Position numbers and translations under genes: made by a program. A stretch of DNA of 39,944 nucleotides from contig JBDSZH010000061.1 in the NCBI GenBank assembly GCA_039925225.1, positions 1 to 39,944 of the forward strand, given 5' to 3'. Source of the stretch: Candidatus Limnocylindrales bacterium. Lineage in GTDB: Bacteria; Chloroflexota; Limnocylindria; Limnocylindrales; CSP1-4. Position 1 is the first letter of the stretch; each line of letters opens with the position of its first letter. Under the pieces are notes generated by a model, which saw nothing but the letters and a program-made list of their open reading frames with translations, did not search any database and was not told the origin of the DNA. Positions 17,319-26,954 of the stretch are shown piece after piece.

Positions 17319-18701
17319 CTACGTCGCGATGTTGTGGTTGCGGCGGAACACATTGTCCGGATCCCAGGCCCGCTTGAGGGCCGCGAGGCGCGGCAGCTTC
17401 GCGTCGCCGTAGATCTGGCGCGTCTGCTCCGGGCCGTACTCGCACAGCCCATTGAGGTACCGCCCGAGGGTCAGGTCCGGTGCAACCGTGGCCATGACCT
17501 CGCGAACCCAACCCACGTTCAGTTCGTCCTGTCCGGCGTCGTCCCAATCGCTGTCCGCGCTCAGATCGAAGCCGGCGTTCCGGCCCGTGTAGGCCATCGC
17601 GTCGTCCGCCACCCGCGCGATCGCGCCCCCGTGAACCGTTGCGGAGAAGGTGGCGCCATCGGGCGCGCGTGCGGCGAGTTCCACGAGCGCATCGATGGTC
17701 GCGGGACGCAAGTCATCCGCATATGCGCTCTCGATGATGGACCGGTGACCCCAGCCCATGGCCAGGTCGTTGGCGGTCTGGACCTCGAGATACTCGGCCC
17801 CCTTCTCCGATGCAAAGACCGGCTTGGGGCCGGCTCGGAGTGGCGCCGTATCGCGCTCCACCGCATCTGAAGCGCCACTGTGGCTGTACCCCACGATCAC
17901 GATCGGCCGGCCCGCCACCGCGGCCGGATAGTCCGCCGCGGGCACACCACGCCCGATGACCATCCCCATCGAGACAGCGTCGGCGAGCCTGGGAGCCGCG
18001 TCACGAACCATCGACCAGACCTCGTGGGCCTGCGACGCCGGATAGATCTGGACGCCGCGATGGAGGATGCCGTCGAACGGGTGGAGCCCGAATTCGAAGG
18101 CGGTCGCGACGCCGAAGTTGTGGCCTGCGCCACGCATCCCCCAGAAGAGCTCCGGCTCTTCGGTCGCGCTCGCACGAACCTTCCGGCCGTCGGCCGTCAC
18201 GAGCTCGACCGCGATCAGGTTGTCGATGGTCAGCCCGAAGTTGCGCTGCAGCCGCCCGATCCCACCGCCGAGCGTCAGCCCCGCGACCCCCGTGTGGCCG
18301 ATCACCCCCACCGGGCAAACGAGCCCGTGGGCCTGCGCCGCCACGTCCAGCTCGCCCAGGAGCGCGCCGCCGTTCACGCGCGCGACGCGGGCCGACGGAT
18401 CCACGGTGACGCCGCGCATCGCGGACATGTCGATGACGAGGCCGCCGTCGGTGGTCGAGTGGCCTGAGTTGCTGTGCGCGCCCGACCGCACGGCGATCTC
18501 GAGCTCGCTGTAACGCGCGAAGCGGATCGACGCCGCAACATCCGCACCGCTCGCAGGCCGGACGATGATCGCCGGCCGTCGATCGCTGTACCTCGCGTTC
18601 CAGACGCGGCGGGCGAGCTCGTACGCGTCGTCACCCGGTGCGATTACCTCGCCGGTAAGGGATTGCCCAAGTCGCGCGATGGACGAAGGGCTGCTTGTCA
18701 C
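17319..18701 (-). CDS. FAD-binding oxidoreductase, berberine-bridge-enzyme (BBE)/VAO family
   Basis: VRSGAHS covalent-FAD His motif, GLTLGGGIG, LFWGMRGAG.NFG, and C-terminal LKRAWDPDNVF. Confidence 0.92.
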   Translation of the reverse strand: MTSSPSSIARLGQSLTGEVIAPGDDAYELARRVWNARYSDRRPAIIVRPASGADVAASIRFARYSELEIAVRSGAHSNSGHSTTDGGLVIDMSAMRGVTVDPSARVARVNGGALLGELDVAAQAHGLVCPVGVIGHTGVAGLTLGGGIGRLQRNFGLTIDNLIAVELVTADGRKVRASATEEPELFWGMRGAGHNFGVATAFEFGLHPFDGILHRGVQIYPASQAHEVWSMVRDAAPRLADAVSMGMVIGRGVPAADYPAAVAGRPIVIVGYSHSGASDAVERDTAPLRAGPKPVFASEKGAEYLEVQTANDLAMGWGHRSIIESAYADDLRPATIDALVELAARAPDGATFSATVHGGAIARVADDAMAYTGRNAGFDLSADSDWDDAGQDELNVGWVREVMATVAPDLTLGRYLNGLCEYGPEQTRQIYGDAKLPRLAALKRAWDPDNVFRRNHNIAT

Positions 18702-19735
18702 GCGGACGAAGGTACCTCTGCGCGGATGGGTGGCCTCGGTCTTAACGGGTCCTGCATCGTAATCACGACCTTGCCGTTGGCGCGGCCCTCGTCAACCTGG
18801 CGGAGCGCGTCGACCGCCTGCTCCAGCGGGTACGTACGATCGATGCGCGGCTTGACCAGGCCCGCCGCGATGAGCTCCTCGATGTGCGCGATATCGACGA
18901 GGTTGAATGGCTTCCACCAGAGCAGCAGCCCGGACCAGCGATCGCTGAACCGCGAGATCAATGGTCCGGCGATCAGAGAGCGCACGATCGGCCAGGTCGT
19001 GCCGCCCAGGGTCACGTACACCCCGTTCGGTGCGAGGGCGCGGCGGACGGCGAGGATCCCGTGGTGCGAATCCGTGTCGACGATCCAGTCGTAGCGCTCG
19101 CGCTCCTTCGTGTAGTCCGTCGTGGTGTAGTCGATGACGTTGTCAGCGCCGAGCGAGCGCACGAAGTCCATCTTGCCCGGGCTGCACACGCCGGTCACCT
19201 CGGCGCCCAGCGCCTTTGCCAGCTGTACTGCGAACGGCCCGACGTTGCCCGACGCCCCATCGATCAGCACCTTGTCACCGGCCTTGGGCGTCGTGCCGTC
19301 CCGGCGGCGCAGGCCCTGGACCGCGAGCACCGAGGAGTGCGGCAGCGTGGCCGCGTCCTCAAAGGTCATCGTGTCCGGGATCAGTCGGAGCGCCTTCTCG
19401 GGAACGCACGCGTACTCCGCAAACGCACCGGCGCCGAACGCGAAGAGGTCGCCGTACGCGCGAGCCCCCGCCTTGAACCCGACCGCGTTGGGCCCGGTTG
19501 CCTCGACGACGCCCGCGACATCGATGCCCATCCGCTGGTTGCGGGGCGCCCGCAGGCCCACGAACAACCGGATCATCTGCGGGCGTGGCCCGAGGCCGTC
19601 GAGATCCGCCCGGTTCACCGACGCGGCATGCACGCGCAGCAGGATCTGATCCCCCGTGGGCTCCGGCTTGTCCACCTCGCGCAGCTCGACCACGTTCCCA
19701 GGCGGCCCGTAGCGCTCGCAGACTGCGGCCTTCAT
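18698..19735 (-). CDS. NAD(P)-dependent zinc-independent MDR / quinone oxidoreductase-like dehydrogenase
   Basis: MKAAV..YG, VHAASVN, GAFAEY, VLIDGASGNVG, GKVVI. ATGA overlap with the MFS stop. Confidence 0.9.
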   Translation of the reverse strand: MKAAVCERYGPPGNVVELREVDKPEPTGDQILLRVHAASVNRADLDGLGPRPQMIRLFVGLRAPRNQRMGIDVAGVVEATGPNAVGFKAGARAYGDLFAFGAGAFAEYACVPEKALRLIPDTMTFEDAATLPHSSVLAVQGLRRRDGTTPKAGDKVLIDGASGNVGPFAVQLAKALGAEVTGVCSPGKMDFVRSLGADNVIDYTTTDYTKERERYDWIVDTDSHHGILAVRRALAPNGVYVTLGGTTWPIVRSLIAGPLISRFSDRWSGLLLWWKPFNLVDIAHIEELIAAGLVKPRIDRTYPLEQAVDALRQVDEGRANGKVVITMQDPLRPRPPIRAEVPSSA

Positions 19736-21033
19736 TTCGCTGGAATTGTCGCCGCGCGATCGCCGTCGTGTGCGATGTGGGAGAACTGGCGCCAGAGGAC
19801 CGCGACGAGCAATGCCGAACCGATGAAGCCGAACCAGAACGGAGCCGTGATGCCGTAGCCGCTTGCGATCAGCCCGCCGAGCGGGGTGCCGATCACCAAA
19901 CCGCCGATCACTGCCAGCCGGGTCACGCCGCCAACGCGACCGAGCAGCTCGTCCGGCACCGCGCGTTGCCGGATGACCGTGGCCGTCGTCCCCCATACGA
20001 ATCCGTGAATGCCGAATACGACCAGCATCGCGAGCGCGACGGGCGCGGAGGTCGTCAGCGCCAGCACGAGGTGCGTCGCGGTCTCGATCAAGAGGCCGAC
20101 GCGCATGATGTCGCCGAGCGAGAAGCGTCCTTCGAGCCGGCCGTAGGAGAGTGACCCGATGATCCCGCCGACCGCGATCGCCGAGGTCATCAGCCCGAAC
20201 CCGATCTCGTCCATGCCAAGCCGCTCGCCCGCGTACAGCACGAGCACGGACCACGCCGCCCCGAACGTAACGTTGAACAGGAATACGGTGATGGCGAGCG
20301 TGCGCATCGCCGGATGCGCGATGAGCCAGCGGACCCCCTCGACCATCTCCGATCTGAAGCTGGCCCGCTCGCGCAGCTCGTGGGTTGTGCTCGTGACGAC
20401 GCGGGAGATCAATACGGCGCTCAGCGCGAACGCGGCCGCATTCGCCGCGAACGGCAGGGCCATCCCGATCGCGAACAGAAATGCGCCGATCGGTGGCGCG
20501 ATGAGCTGGTTCGTCAGCAGGAATGCGCCCTGCATCCGGGCGTTGGCCACCCCGAGATCCTGGCGCGCCACGAGGCCGGGCAGGAGCGTGCTGCTCGCCG
20601 AGTCCGCGAGAAGCTCCGCCGTGCTCATAATGAACAGTGCGATCAGGACGACGGCGATGTTGACGCTGCCGGTTGCGATCATGACGACGAGCCCGAGAAC
20701 CACGATGGCGCGGACCAGGTTGACGACGACGACCATCCGCTTCCGGTTGATCCGGTCGGCGGCAGCGCCGAAGATCACGCTGAAGAGCAGGGCGGGCACG
20801 TACTGGCTCAGCAGCGCCAGCGAGACGAGGAACGGATCCCGCGTCTGCGACGCCACGAGCAGCGGCCCGGCGGCGAGCGCGATGCCGTCGCCCATGTTCT
20901 CGATGACGGCACCCGACACGAGCCAGCGAAAGCTCCGCCCCAGCCGGGACGGGAAGACGGGCTCTATCAAGCGCGACAGCAGCGTAGGCACAGCGCGGAA
21001 CGATAGCCCGGAGGACGCTTCCGGGTCAGGCAT
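19732..21033 (-). CDS. MFS transporter (MFS_3/H+ antiporter-like)
   Basis: About 12 TM helices, GAAADRINRK motif A, RQRAVPDELLGRV. Confidence 0.92.
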   Translation of the reverse strand: MPDPEASSGLSFRAVPTLLSRLIEPVFPSRLGRSFRWLVSGAVIENMGDGIALAAGPLLVASQTRDPFLVSLALLSQYVPALLFSVIFGAAADRINRKRMVVVVNLVRAIVVLGLVVMIATGSVNIAVVLIALFIMSTAELLADSASSTLLPGLVARQDLGVANARMQGAFLLTNQLIAPPIGAFLFAIGMALPFAANAAAFALSAVLISRVVTSTTHELRERASFRSEMVEGVRWLIAHPAMRTLAITVFLFNVTFGAAWSVLVLYAGERLGMDEIGFGLMTSAIAVGGIIGSLSYGRLEGRFSLGDIMRVGLLIETATHLVLALTTSAPVALAMLVVFGIHGFVWGTTATVIRQRAVPDELLGRVGGVTRLAVIGGLVIGTPLGGLIASGYGITAPFWFGFIGSALLVAVLWRQFSHIAHDGDRAATIPAK

Positions 21034-21045
21034 GCGCCGGGTGTG

Positions 21046-21987
21046 TCAGTCGTGCTCCAGACGGAGCAGTCGGAACGCCCAGTTACAGGTGCTAGCCACC
21101 TTCACCGTGAACGTCGACCACGAGCCCTCGGGCGTTGGCAGCCAGTCCGTGCCGAGATTGGCGCCCGTGAGCGGCCCAACCTTGACTGTCGTCGTCGTGG
21201 TTTGCACGGCGACCTTCGGGTCCGTGTCCGTGTCAGATGGGACGAGCGAAATCTTGAGCGAGCACGATGTCCCGGAGACCGGCGCCGCGGCGGCATATTC
21301 GAAGCTGAACCCGTCGTGGCGCGCCTGCGGCTCGGAGGTGTAGTTGCCGAAGCCAGCCGCGACGACGCCGACCGCCGAGTACGCCTCGATCTCCGAGAGG
21401 ATTGGTCGCTTTTGCAGTGTCAGGTACACGTCACTCCCAACCGATGCGGCCATCCACGCCGGGAGCGGCGAGCCCTCGATCGGCGGGGTCGTGTACCACT
21501 GCGTGCCTTCGGTATGGAGCGCCGTCGCCGTCGCCGGCCAGACGAGGTACCAGATGGTGTCGCCGATCGGGAGGGGGCCAAGCTCCACGCTCACGTAGTC
21601 GCCCTTGTCGAGTCGGATACTGCCCTTGTCCTCCGGCGCCGGCCCGCTGAGGTCGTACCCGTGAACGAGCGCGGACGTGCGTTTGGGCGCGACGCGGGCC
21701 GCGAGCGACTTCACCTGGACCCTGAGGATGTCGCCGAAATGGAGGCCGTCCGCAAGCTGCGCCGTCGGTCCGGGCGTGGGCCCCGGCGTGGCCGTGAGCG
21801 TGAGGGACGGGCCTGCGGGCGGGAGCGACGGAACCGATGCGTCTGTCTCGTCCGTCGCACTGACGACGGCCGTGGCAGCCGGGCTGCCGTCTGCCTGTCC
21901 CCCGCAACCCGTGACGATCACCAGCACGCTGAGCACGCCGAGCACGGCCAGCCAGCGGCGGGGAGTGGGGCTTGCCTGGCCAATCAT
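21046..21987 (-). CDS. Putative lipoprotein
   Basis: Signal with lipobox IVTGC, Pro/Thr linker, SH3-like segment (VELGP..IGDTIWYLV). TATGGT lies 8 nt before the ATG. Confidence 0.7.
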   Translation of the reverse strand: MIGQASPTPRRWLAVLGVLSVLVIVTGCGGQADGSPAATAVVSATDETDASVPSLPPAGPSLTLTATPGPTPGPTAQLADGLHFGDILRVQVKSLAARVAPKRTSALVHGYDLSGPAPEDKGSIRLDKGDYVSVELGPLPIGDTIWYLVWPATATALHTEGTQWYTTPPIEGSPLPAWMAASVGSDVYLTLQKRPILSEIEAYSAVGVVAAGFGNYTSEPQARHDGFSFEYAAAAPVSGTSCSLKISLVPSDTDTDPKVAVQTTTTTVKVGPLTGANLGTDWLPTPEGSWSTFTVKVASTCNWAFRLLRLEHD

Positions 21988-22054
21988 CGCGCCGAACCAT
22001 AGCGCGGGGGAAGGGGGTAGGCTACAGGTCCAGCAATAGCAACGGCGAGGGCAA

Positions 22055-22312
22055 ATGACGAAGCATTCGGCATTCGAGCGGGTCCGACGGGTGGCAGAGC
22101 GCGAGCGCGTGGTCGAGATCGAGCGAGCGTGGCGCGGCAGCATTCCCGCGGACGTGGCCGCCAAGTTCGACGCGCAGGTGCGCGCATCGCGCGAGCGAGG
22201 GCCACGACCGCCCGCCGTGGACATGGCGCCCGGTACGCAGCCCCGACCGCCGCGCCCAGGCCACGAGCCGAAGCCGCCGAAGATCGAAGAACGCCCCCGG
22301 CGCGGTCGCTAG
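22055..22312 (+). CDS. Small basic hypothetical protein
   Basis: 85 aa, GAGG SD and TAGGCT -10 upstream, helical N-half and Pro/Arg-rich tail. Sits 3 nt before the next gene. Confidence 0.65.
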   Translation: MTKHSAFERVRRVAERERVVEIERAWRGSIPADVAAKFDAQVRASRERGPRPPAVDMAPGTQPRPPRPGHEPKPPKIEERPRRGR

Positions 22313-22315
22313 GCA

Positions 22316-22693
22316 GTGCGGCGTCGCAAGGTCACCTATCCACCCGCGAAGACCGCAACCTCCGGCGGCAGTGGCGTCCCTACCGGCGCGGACCTGCGTG
22401 CAGCAGCAGCCGCGAGCCGAACGGTATCGATCAATCTCGACGCGATGAAGGGCCGCGGCAGCGTCCATGAGGGTGCCCGCGTCCAGATCATGAGCGGCAT
22501 CTACGCCGGCGAGTTCGCCATCGTCGAGTCCCTGGTGGGTGGCGTCATCCCCGCGGCTGTCGTTCGCACGGAAGCGGGGCGCACTCGACGCGCCCGCACC
22601 ATCGACCTCGTGCCGTCGCCCGTCACGGCGAACGCGCCGGCTAGCGCGCCCGCGACCGAGGAATCACCTGCAGGGGGATCACCCGCGGGCTGA
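22316..22693 (+). CDS. Hypothetical protein with KOW-like motif
   Basis: EGARVQIMSGIYAGEFAIVESL matches the KOW pattern (G..V.I..G.y.G..g.V). Confidence 0.65.
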   Translation: MRRRKVTYPPAKTATSGGSGVPTGADLRAAAAASRTVSINLDAMKGRGSVHEGARVQIMSGIYAGEFAIVESLVGGVIPAAVVRTEAGRTRRARTIDLVPSPVTANAPASAPATEESPAGGSPAG

Positions 22694-22792
22694 ATGGTCG
22701 CCGAGCATCTGGCTTCGGTGTGTTCTCGCGCGGACAATGCAATTGCGACTCAAGCTGAACTCGACGCCGACGTGTTGTCGCCCTTCGCCACT

Positions 22793-23115
22793 CATTTCAG
22801 ATAGTTCCACTCATGCGGAACCATCGCAAGGAAAGCGCCCAAGTCACCGGCGCATCATCCACCGGTAACGCAGAAGCTGAGCGAGAAGGTGACGTCCCGG
22901 GCCTGAGCTGGCCATGAGGCGGCGGGGTGATGGTCGGCTTTCGTGAAGCACCTGAGCGTCTCGTCGGGTGCCTCATGAGGCGCTTGACGCCGCGGACCCG
23001 GGGGTGGCAGGGCTTCCCGGTCGACAGGGCGTCGCACATCGGAACCCGACGCGGCTCTCGCCGAGTTTGGGAACGAACGCAGATGGTTCCGCGTGGTTGG
23101 AACTATCTGGAAATG
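22793..23115. other. About 320-nt element bounded by 33-bp imperfect inverted repeats (structured ncRNA or MITE-like)
   Basis: CATTTCAGATAGTTCCACTCATGCGGAACCATC (22793-22825) pairs with GATGGTTCCGCGTGGTTGGAACTATCTGGAAATG (23082-23115). Internal stems CATGAGGC/GCCTCATG and GCACCTGA/TCGGGTGC. Confidence 0.6.
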
Positions 23116-23313
23116 GGGCTCCAGGGCAAAGAGGCTCCGGGGAGAGAGGCTCATGGCCGGCTGTGGCTCAGGGGGAGCTCGGTGGCTGGGCAGCCAGGTG
23201 CCTGGGCGCCAAGCACGGTCCAGACATGAGCCTGGGCCGAACCGTCGCCGAGGGACCGCACCCTGGGCTGCGCCGGAGATCGCCTGGCGGCAGCGGCCAC
23301 CGGGGTAGAGGCG

Positions 23314-23619
23314 TTAGGAGCGCGCGGCCTCGCTCTTGAGGCGGCCGGGCTCGGACTTGGCGTGGCCGTTGGCCTTGCCGGCAACGGCGTGCGCTGCACC
23401 CTTGGCGCGAGCCTCCGCGGAGCGGATCGCGCCCCACTTCTTGGCCTCGGCAGAAACCGCGGCACCGTGGGCCCTACCTGTTGCGAACTCGGCCGACTTG
23501 GCGATCTCCGACACGGCCTTCCCGTGTGCGTTGCCGGCGCCTTCGCCGGCGAGGGCGCCTGTGGCCGAAACGGCGAGGACGGTCATACCGATGGCGGCGG
23601 CCTTGGCGATGCGTTTCAT
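23314..23619 (-). CDS. Small secreted Ala/Gly-rich protein with HGxAVS repeats
   Basis: Sec signal MKRIAK...GALA, repeats HGKAVSEIAK and HGAAVSAEAK. GAGGT SD. Confidence 0.7.
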   Translation of the reverse strand: MKRIAKAAAIGMTVLAVSATGALAGEGAGNAHGKAVSEIAKSAEFATGRAHGAAVSAEAKKWGAIRSAEARAKGAAHAVAGKANGHAKSEPGRLKSEAARS

Positions 23620-23708
23620 GTTGGTTCGGTACCTCGAGGGACAACTGGTTCGATACAGACAACGATTGGATGCGCCCGGCGTTCGGGGCGTGACGCCATC
23701 ATATGGTT

Positions 23709-24365
23709 GTGTTGCGCTCACATCCATCGATCCCGCTTGTCGCGCCGCTTGCGTTGCTTGCGCTGCTCGCCTCGGGGTGCCAGCCCGCACCACCGAATTC
23801 GACGGATGTGCCGAACGCAACCCCGCCCGCGGCCGCGACGACTCCCCCATCGCTTGCGATGCCAACCCCGATCGAAACCGTCGTCACGACGCCGACCCCG
23901 ACCGGCTTCGTGTTCCTGGCGGTCGACGTCGTCGCGTATTACCAGTCGATCGGTTACGAATGCGACCCACCGAAGCGGAGCACCATTGCCGCAGGCTACA
24001 CGCTGACCGGGTGCTCACTCGCGGACAAGGCGGGCAGGACGCGGGTCGTCGGCATCGTTACCGATGCGGCCGGCGTGCTGGGCAACGGCTACGCGGGCGT
24101 CTGGGGAAATTCGAACGAGGTGTATCTCAAACCGGACGACGCGCTGGACCCGCTCGCTGCGTTCCTGGGCGCGATGCTTGGCGCGGAGCGCGGCGCAGAA
24201 GCCGCGATCTGGATGAAGGAACACCTCGGCGAGGCCTACGCGACGACGACATCAGGCTCGATCACGATTGCGACGTACACCGGATCCGCGGATGACACGT
24301 CGGAGCTCTACGTCGAGGTCGCGAATGATGCGTACCTGGCCGCGTCTCCCCCGCCGACCACCTGA
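23709..24365 (+). CDS. Putative lipoprotein
   Basis: Lipobox LASGC and Pro/Thr linker. Start is GTG 23709 (CATCAT 6 nt upstream) or ATG 23703. Confidence 0.7.
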   Translation: MLRSHPSIPLVAPLALLALLASGCQPAPPNSTDVPNATPPAAATTPPSLAMPTPIETVVTTPTPTGFVFLAVDVVAYYQSIGYECDPPKRSTIAAGYTLTGCSLADKAGRTRVVGIVTDAAGVLGNGYAGVWGNSNEVYLKPDDALDPLAAFLGAMLGAERGAEAAIWMKEHLGEAYATTTSGSITIATYTGSADDTSELYVEVANDAYLAASPPPTT

Positions 24366-24791
24366 ATGGGCGTGTATCGATTCGAAACCCGAACTGCCGC
24401 GTCGCCTGAGCACGCGTTTGACCTTTGGACGAACCTCGACCGCATGGCTGAGTGGGTCGGTGGCGTCACGAAGGTCACCGATGTCAGCGGTCCCGTCGAC
24501 CGGGCTGGTACGACCTATACGGTCTGGTTCGGTCGGATGAAGAGCCCGACTCAAGTTCTCGAGGCTGCGCGTCCCCGACTCCTGCGAACCAGGTTCGGGA
24601 GCATGATCCTGAAGGGCGAGAACGCGGCGACATTCGAACCGGACGGGACGGGGACGATCATCCGGCAGGAGATGCGCACGCACGGCCTGATCTCGGGACT
24701 GTCCGCGCGGATCTTTGCGAGTGGCTCCTACAAGGGCAGCTTCCAGGGTGAGCTGGATGCATTCGCGAGGCTCGCGGAACAGGAGCCGTAA
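24366..24791 (+). CDS. SRPBCC (polyketide cyclase/dehydrase-like) family protein
   Basis: ASPEHAFDLWTNLDRMAEW pattern and C-terminal helix ELDAFARLAE. Confidence 0.85.
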   Translation: MGVYRFETRTAASPEHAFDLWTNLDRMAEWVGGVTKVTDVSGPVDRAGTTYTVWFGRMKSPTQVLEAARPRLLRTRFGSMILKGENAATFEPDGTGTIIRQEMRTHGLISGLSARIFASGSYKGSFQGELDAFARLAEQEP

Positions 24792-24804
24792 TCGTTCGAG
24801 CGGC

Positions 24805-25170
24805 CTAGTCCTTGGGGAAGCCTTTTCGCGCCGCGTCCTTGTACGCCTCAGCGGCCTCGGCGGCGATCTGGGCGGACTCTTCCAGTGGCCCTTCCGACTG
24901 GAGCTTTTCCTTGCGCGCGACCTTTGCGGCCGCGTCAGCGACCTCGGCGGTGCGCACCGCGGAGTGTTCGGCTCGCTTCGCCGCTGCCGTGCTCAGGCGA
25001 GCGGCCTCGCCGGTCTCCTTAGCAGCCTTGGCGGCTTCCGCGGCGGCATCGGCTGCTGCCTTTGCCGACTCGGCGTCATCGCGGGCTGCCACTACGTCGC
25101 GCTCGGCGGCGCGCCAGTCGCGCAGGAGCTCGGACGCAGACCCCTTCTTGGCAGCGCTGTCTTCATGCAC
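24805..25170 (-). CDS. Ala-rich coiled-coil hypothetical protein
   Basis: 121 aa ELLRDWRAAERD...Ala-rich helix. Starts 5 nt after the helicase stop. Confidence 0.6.
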   Translation of the reverse strand: MHEDSAAKKGSASELLRDWRAAERDVVAARDDAESAKAAADAAAEAAKAAKETGEAARLSTAAAKRAEHSAVRTAEVADAAAKVARKEKLQSEGPLEESAQIAAEAAEAYKDAARKGFPKD

Positions 25171-25175
25171 TGCGC

Positions 25176-26729
25176 TCAGCCAGGATCTGAACGAGCGATA
25201 CGCTCGCCAGGCATGGTCGTGAAATTGCGCTGACCCACGCCACTCGGGGCGGCACCTTGCACGTACGGCCGCTCGTTGAGGCGCGGTGCGCTCGCCGGCC
25301 GAGCGGGGCTCGCCGGCCGATGGCTCGTGGCCGGTCGACTGCCGGAACCAGTTCGAGATGCCGTCGCCGGTCGCCCGGCGTCAGCAGGTCGTCCGGCCGG
25401 ACGTCGACGCGGAGCATCGCGGCCAGGTCCATCACGGCGCGGCGCGGCTCCACCAGAGAAGCCGCGGCTGGGGGCGCCACGCCCACCACCGCGACGAATC
25501 TCGCGGATCGGCTCGGCACGGATGCCACGATCGGGCTCGAAGCCGGGGATGTACTCCCACGGGATCGGCTTGCGCAGGAGCGACTCGATCTCGGCGAGCA
25601 GCTCAGCCTCATCGATGCACACGAGCGAGATCGCGTCACCCTCGAGGCCGGCGCGGCCCGTGCGGCCGATCCGGTGTACATAGTCGGCCGGGGTAGTGGG
25701 CAGCTCGTAGTTGACGACGTGTGGCAGCTCCTCGATGTCGAGGCCGCGCGCCGCGACCTCGGTCGCTACGAGGATCGCCGCGGTGCCGTCCTTGAAGTCG
25801 TCGAGCGCCCGGACCCGCTGGCCCTGGCTCTTGTTGCCGTGGATCGCGGTGGCATCGATGCCGTCCATAACCAGCTGCTCGGCGAGCCGGTTGGCGCCGT
25901 GCTTGGTGCGCGTGAACACCAGCGCGCGATCGATCCGCCCGCTCTTGATGAGGTAGCTGAGCAGCTCACGCTTGCGATGGCGATCGACCGGGTGGACGAT
26001 CTGGCGAACGGCCTCCACGGGCGCGTTGCGGCGCGCGATCTGCACCTGCGCAGGGTCCTTGAGGATCGTGGCCGCGAGCTCGCGAACGTCGTCCGCAAAG
26101 GTGGCAGAGAACATCAGGTTCTGCCGCTTTGCCGGCAGCAAGCCGATGATCTTGCGGATGTCCTTGATGAAACCCATGTCCAGCATGCGGTCCGCCTCGT
26201 CGAGGACGAGGATCTCGACCGAACGAAGGTCGATCTTGCCCTGCTCCTGAATGTCGAGGAGGCGACCCGGGGTCGCGACCACGATCTCCGGGCCGGCATG
26301 GATGGCCTTGAACTGGGCGTCGTAGCCCACGCCACCGTAGATCGTCGTGGAGCGAACGGGCCGCGACCGGCCGTAGTTCTGCACGAACTCCTCGACCTGG
26401 ATCGCGAGCTCCCGCGTCGGCGTGAGCACGAGACACCGGATCGGGAGGCCGCTTGCGATCTGGGGACGGGCACCGAATGATCGACGGCCGGCGCTTCCGC
26501 TGGCGCGGATCGGGTGCCGCGGGGTCGGGCGGTTCTCGTGAAGGAGCTGGAGGATCGGCAGCACGAATGCGGCCGTCTTGCCGGTGCCCGTCTGGGCGCC
26601 TGCGAGAACGTCGCGGCGCGCGAGCACCTGTGGGATGGCCTCGGCCTGGACCGGTGTGGGCTCTGTGTAGCCCTCAGCCGCCACGGCACGGAGGAGCTCG
26701 GGCGCGAGCCCGAGTGTGTCGAACGACAT
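25176..26729 (-). CDS. rhlE: DEAD-box ATP-dependent RNA helicase (RhlE-like)
   Basis: Q motif [39 protein letters not shown] and HRIGRTGR motifs, plus the RhlE-like GFEP tail. AGGAG SD. Confidence 0.93.
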   Translation of the reverse strand: MSFDTLGLAPELLRAVAAEGYTEPTPVQAEAIPQVLARRDVLAGAQTGTGKTAAFVLPILQLLHENRPTPRHPIRASGSAGRRSFGARPQIASGLPIRCLVLTPTRELAIQVEEFVQNYGRSRPVRSTTIYGGVGYDAQFKAIHAGPEIVVATPGRLLDIQEQGKIDLRSVEILVLDEADRMLDMGFIKDIRKIIGLLPAKRQNLMFSATFADDVRELAATILKDPAQVQIARRNAPVEAVRQIVHPVDRHRKRELLSYLIKSGRIDRALVFTRTKHGANRLAEQLVMDGIDATAIHGNKSQGQRVRALDDFKDGTAAILVATEVAARGLDIEELPHVVNYELPTTPADYVHRIGRTGRAGLEGDAISLVCIDEAELLAEIESLLRKPIPWEYIPGFEPDRGIRAEPIREIRRGGGRGAPSRGFSGGAAPRRDGPGRDAPRRRPAGRPADAGRPATASRTGSGSRPATSHRPASPARPASAPRLNERPYVQGAAPSGVGQRNFTTMPGERIARSDPG

Positions 26730-26954
26730 GTAGAGACAGTCTCCTGACTTCGTCGGGCCACCCGCTGCGATCTGCAGCCGGGACCGGTCAGGGCGTTCTA
26801 CTGATGGTTCAAATGGGGATGGTGTGTGAGACCTGGGCGCTGACCGGAGCGCCACTACCGCATCTAGGTACGACACGCTAGCAGGTTTTCTGCGATCCGA
26901 CCATCTGTTCGATCCCGGCAGAGGGGCGACAATAGGGGTTCAGGAGGAGTCAGG

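Noticed and set aside
22797-23339. Several short ORFs inside the 22.7-23.3 kb gap
   Set aside because: No SD or leaderless signal, no recognisable motifs, mutually overlapping, and better explained by the palindromic element.
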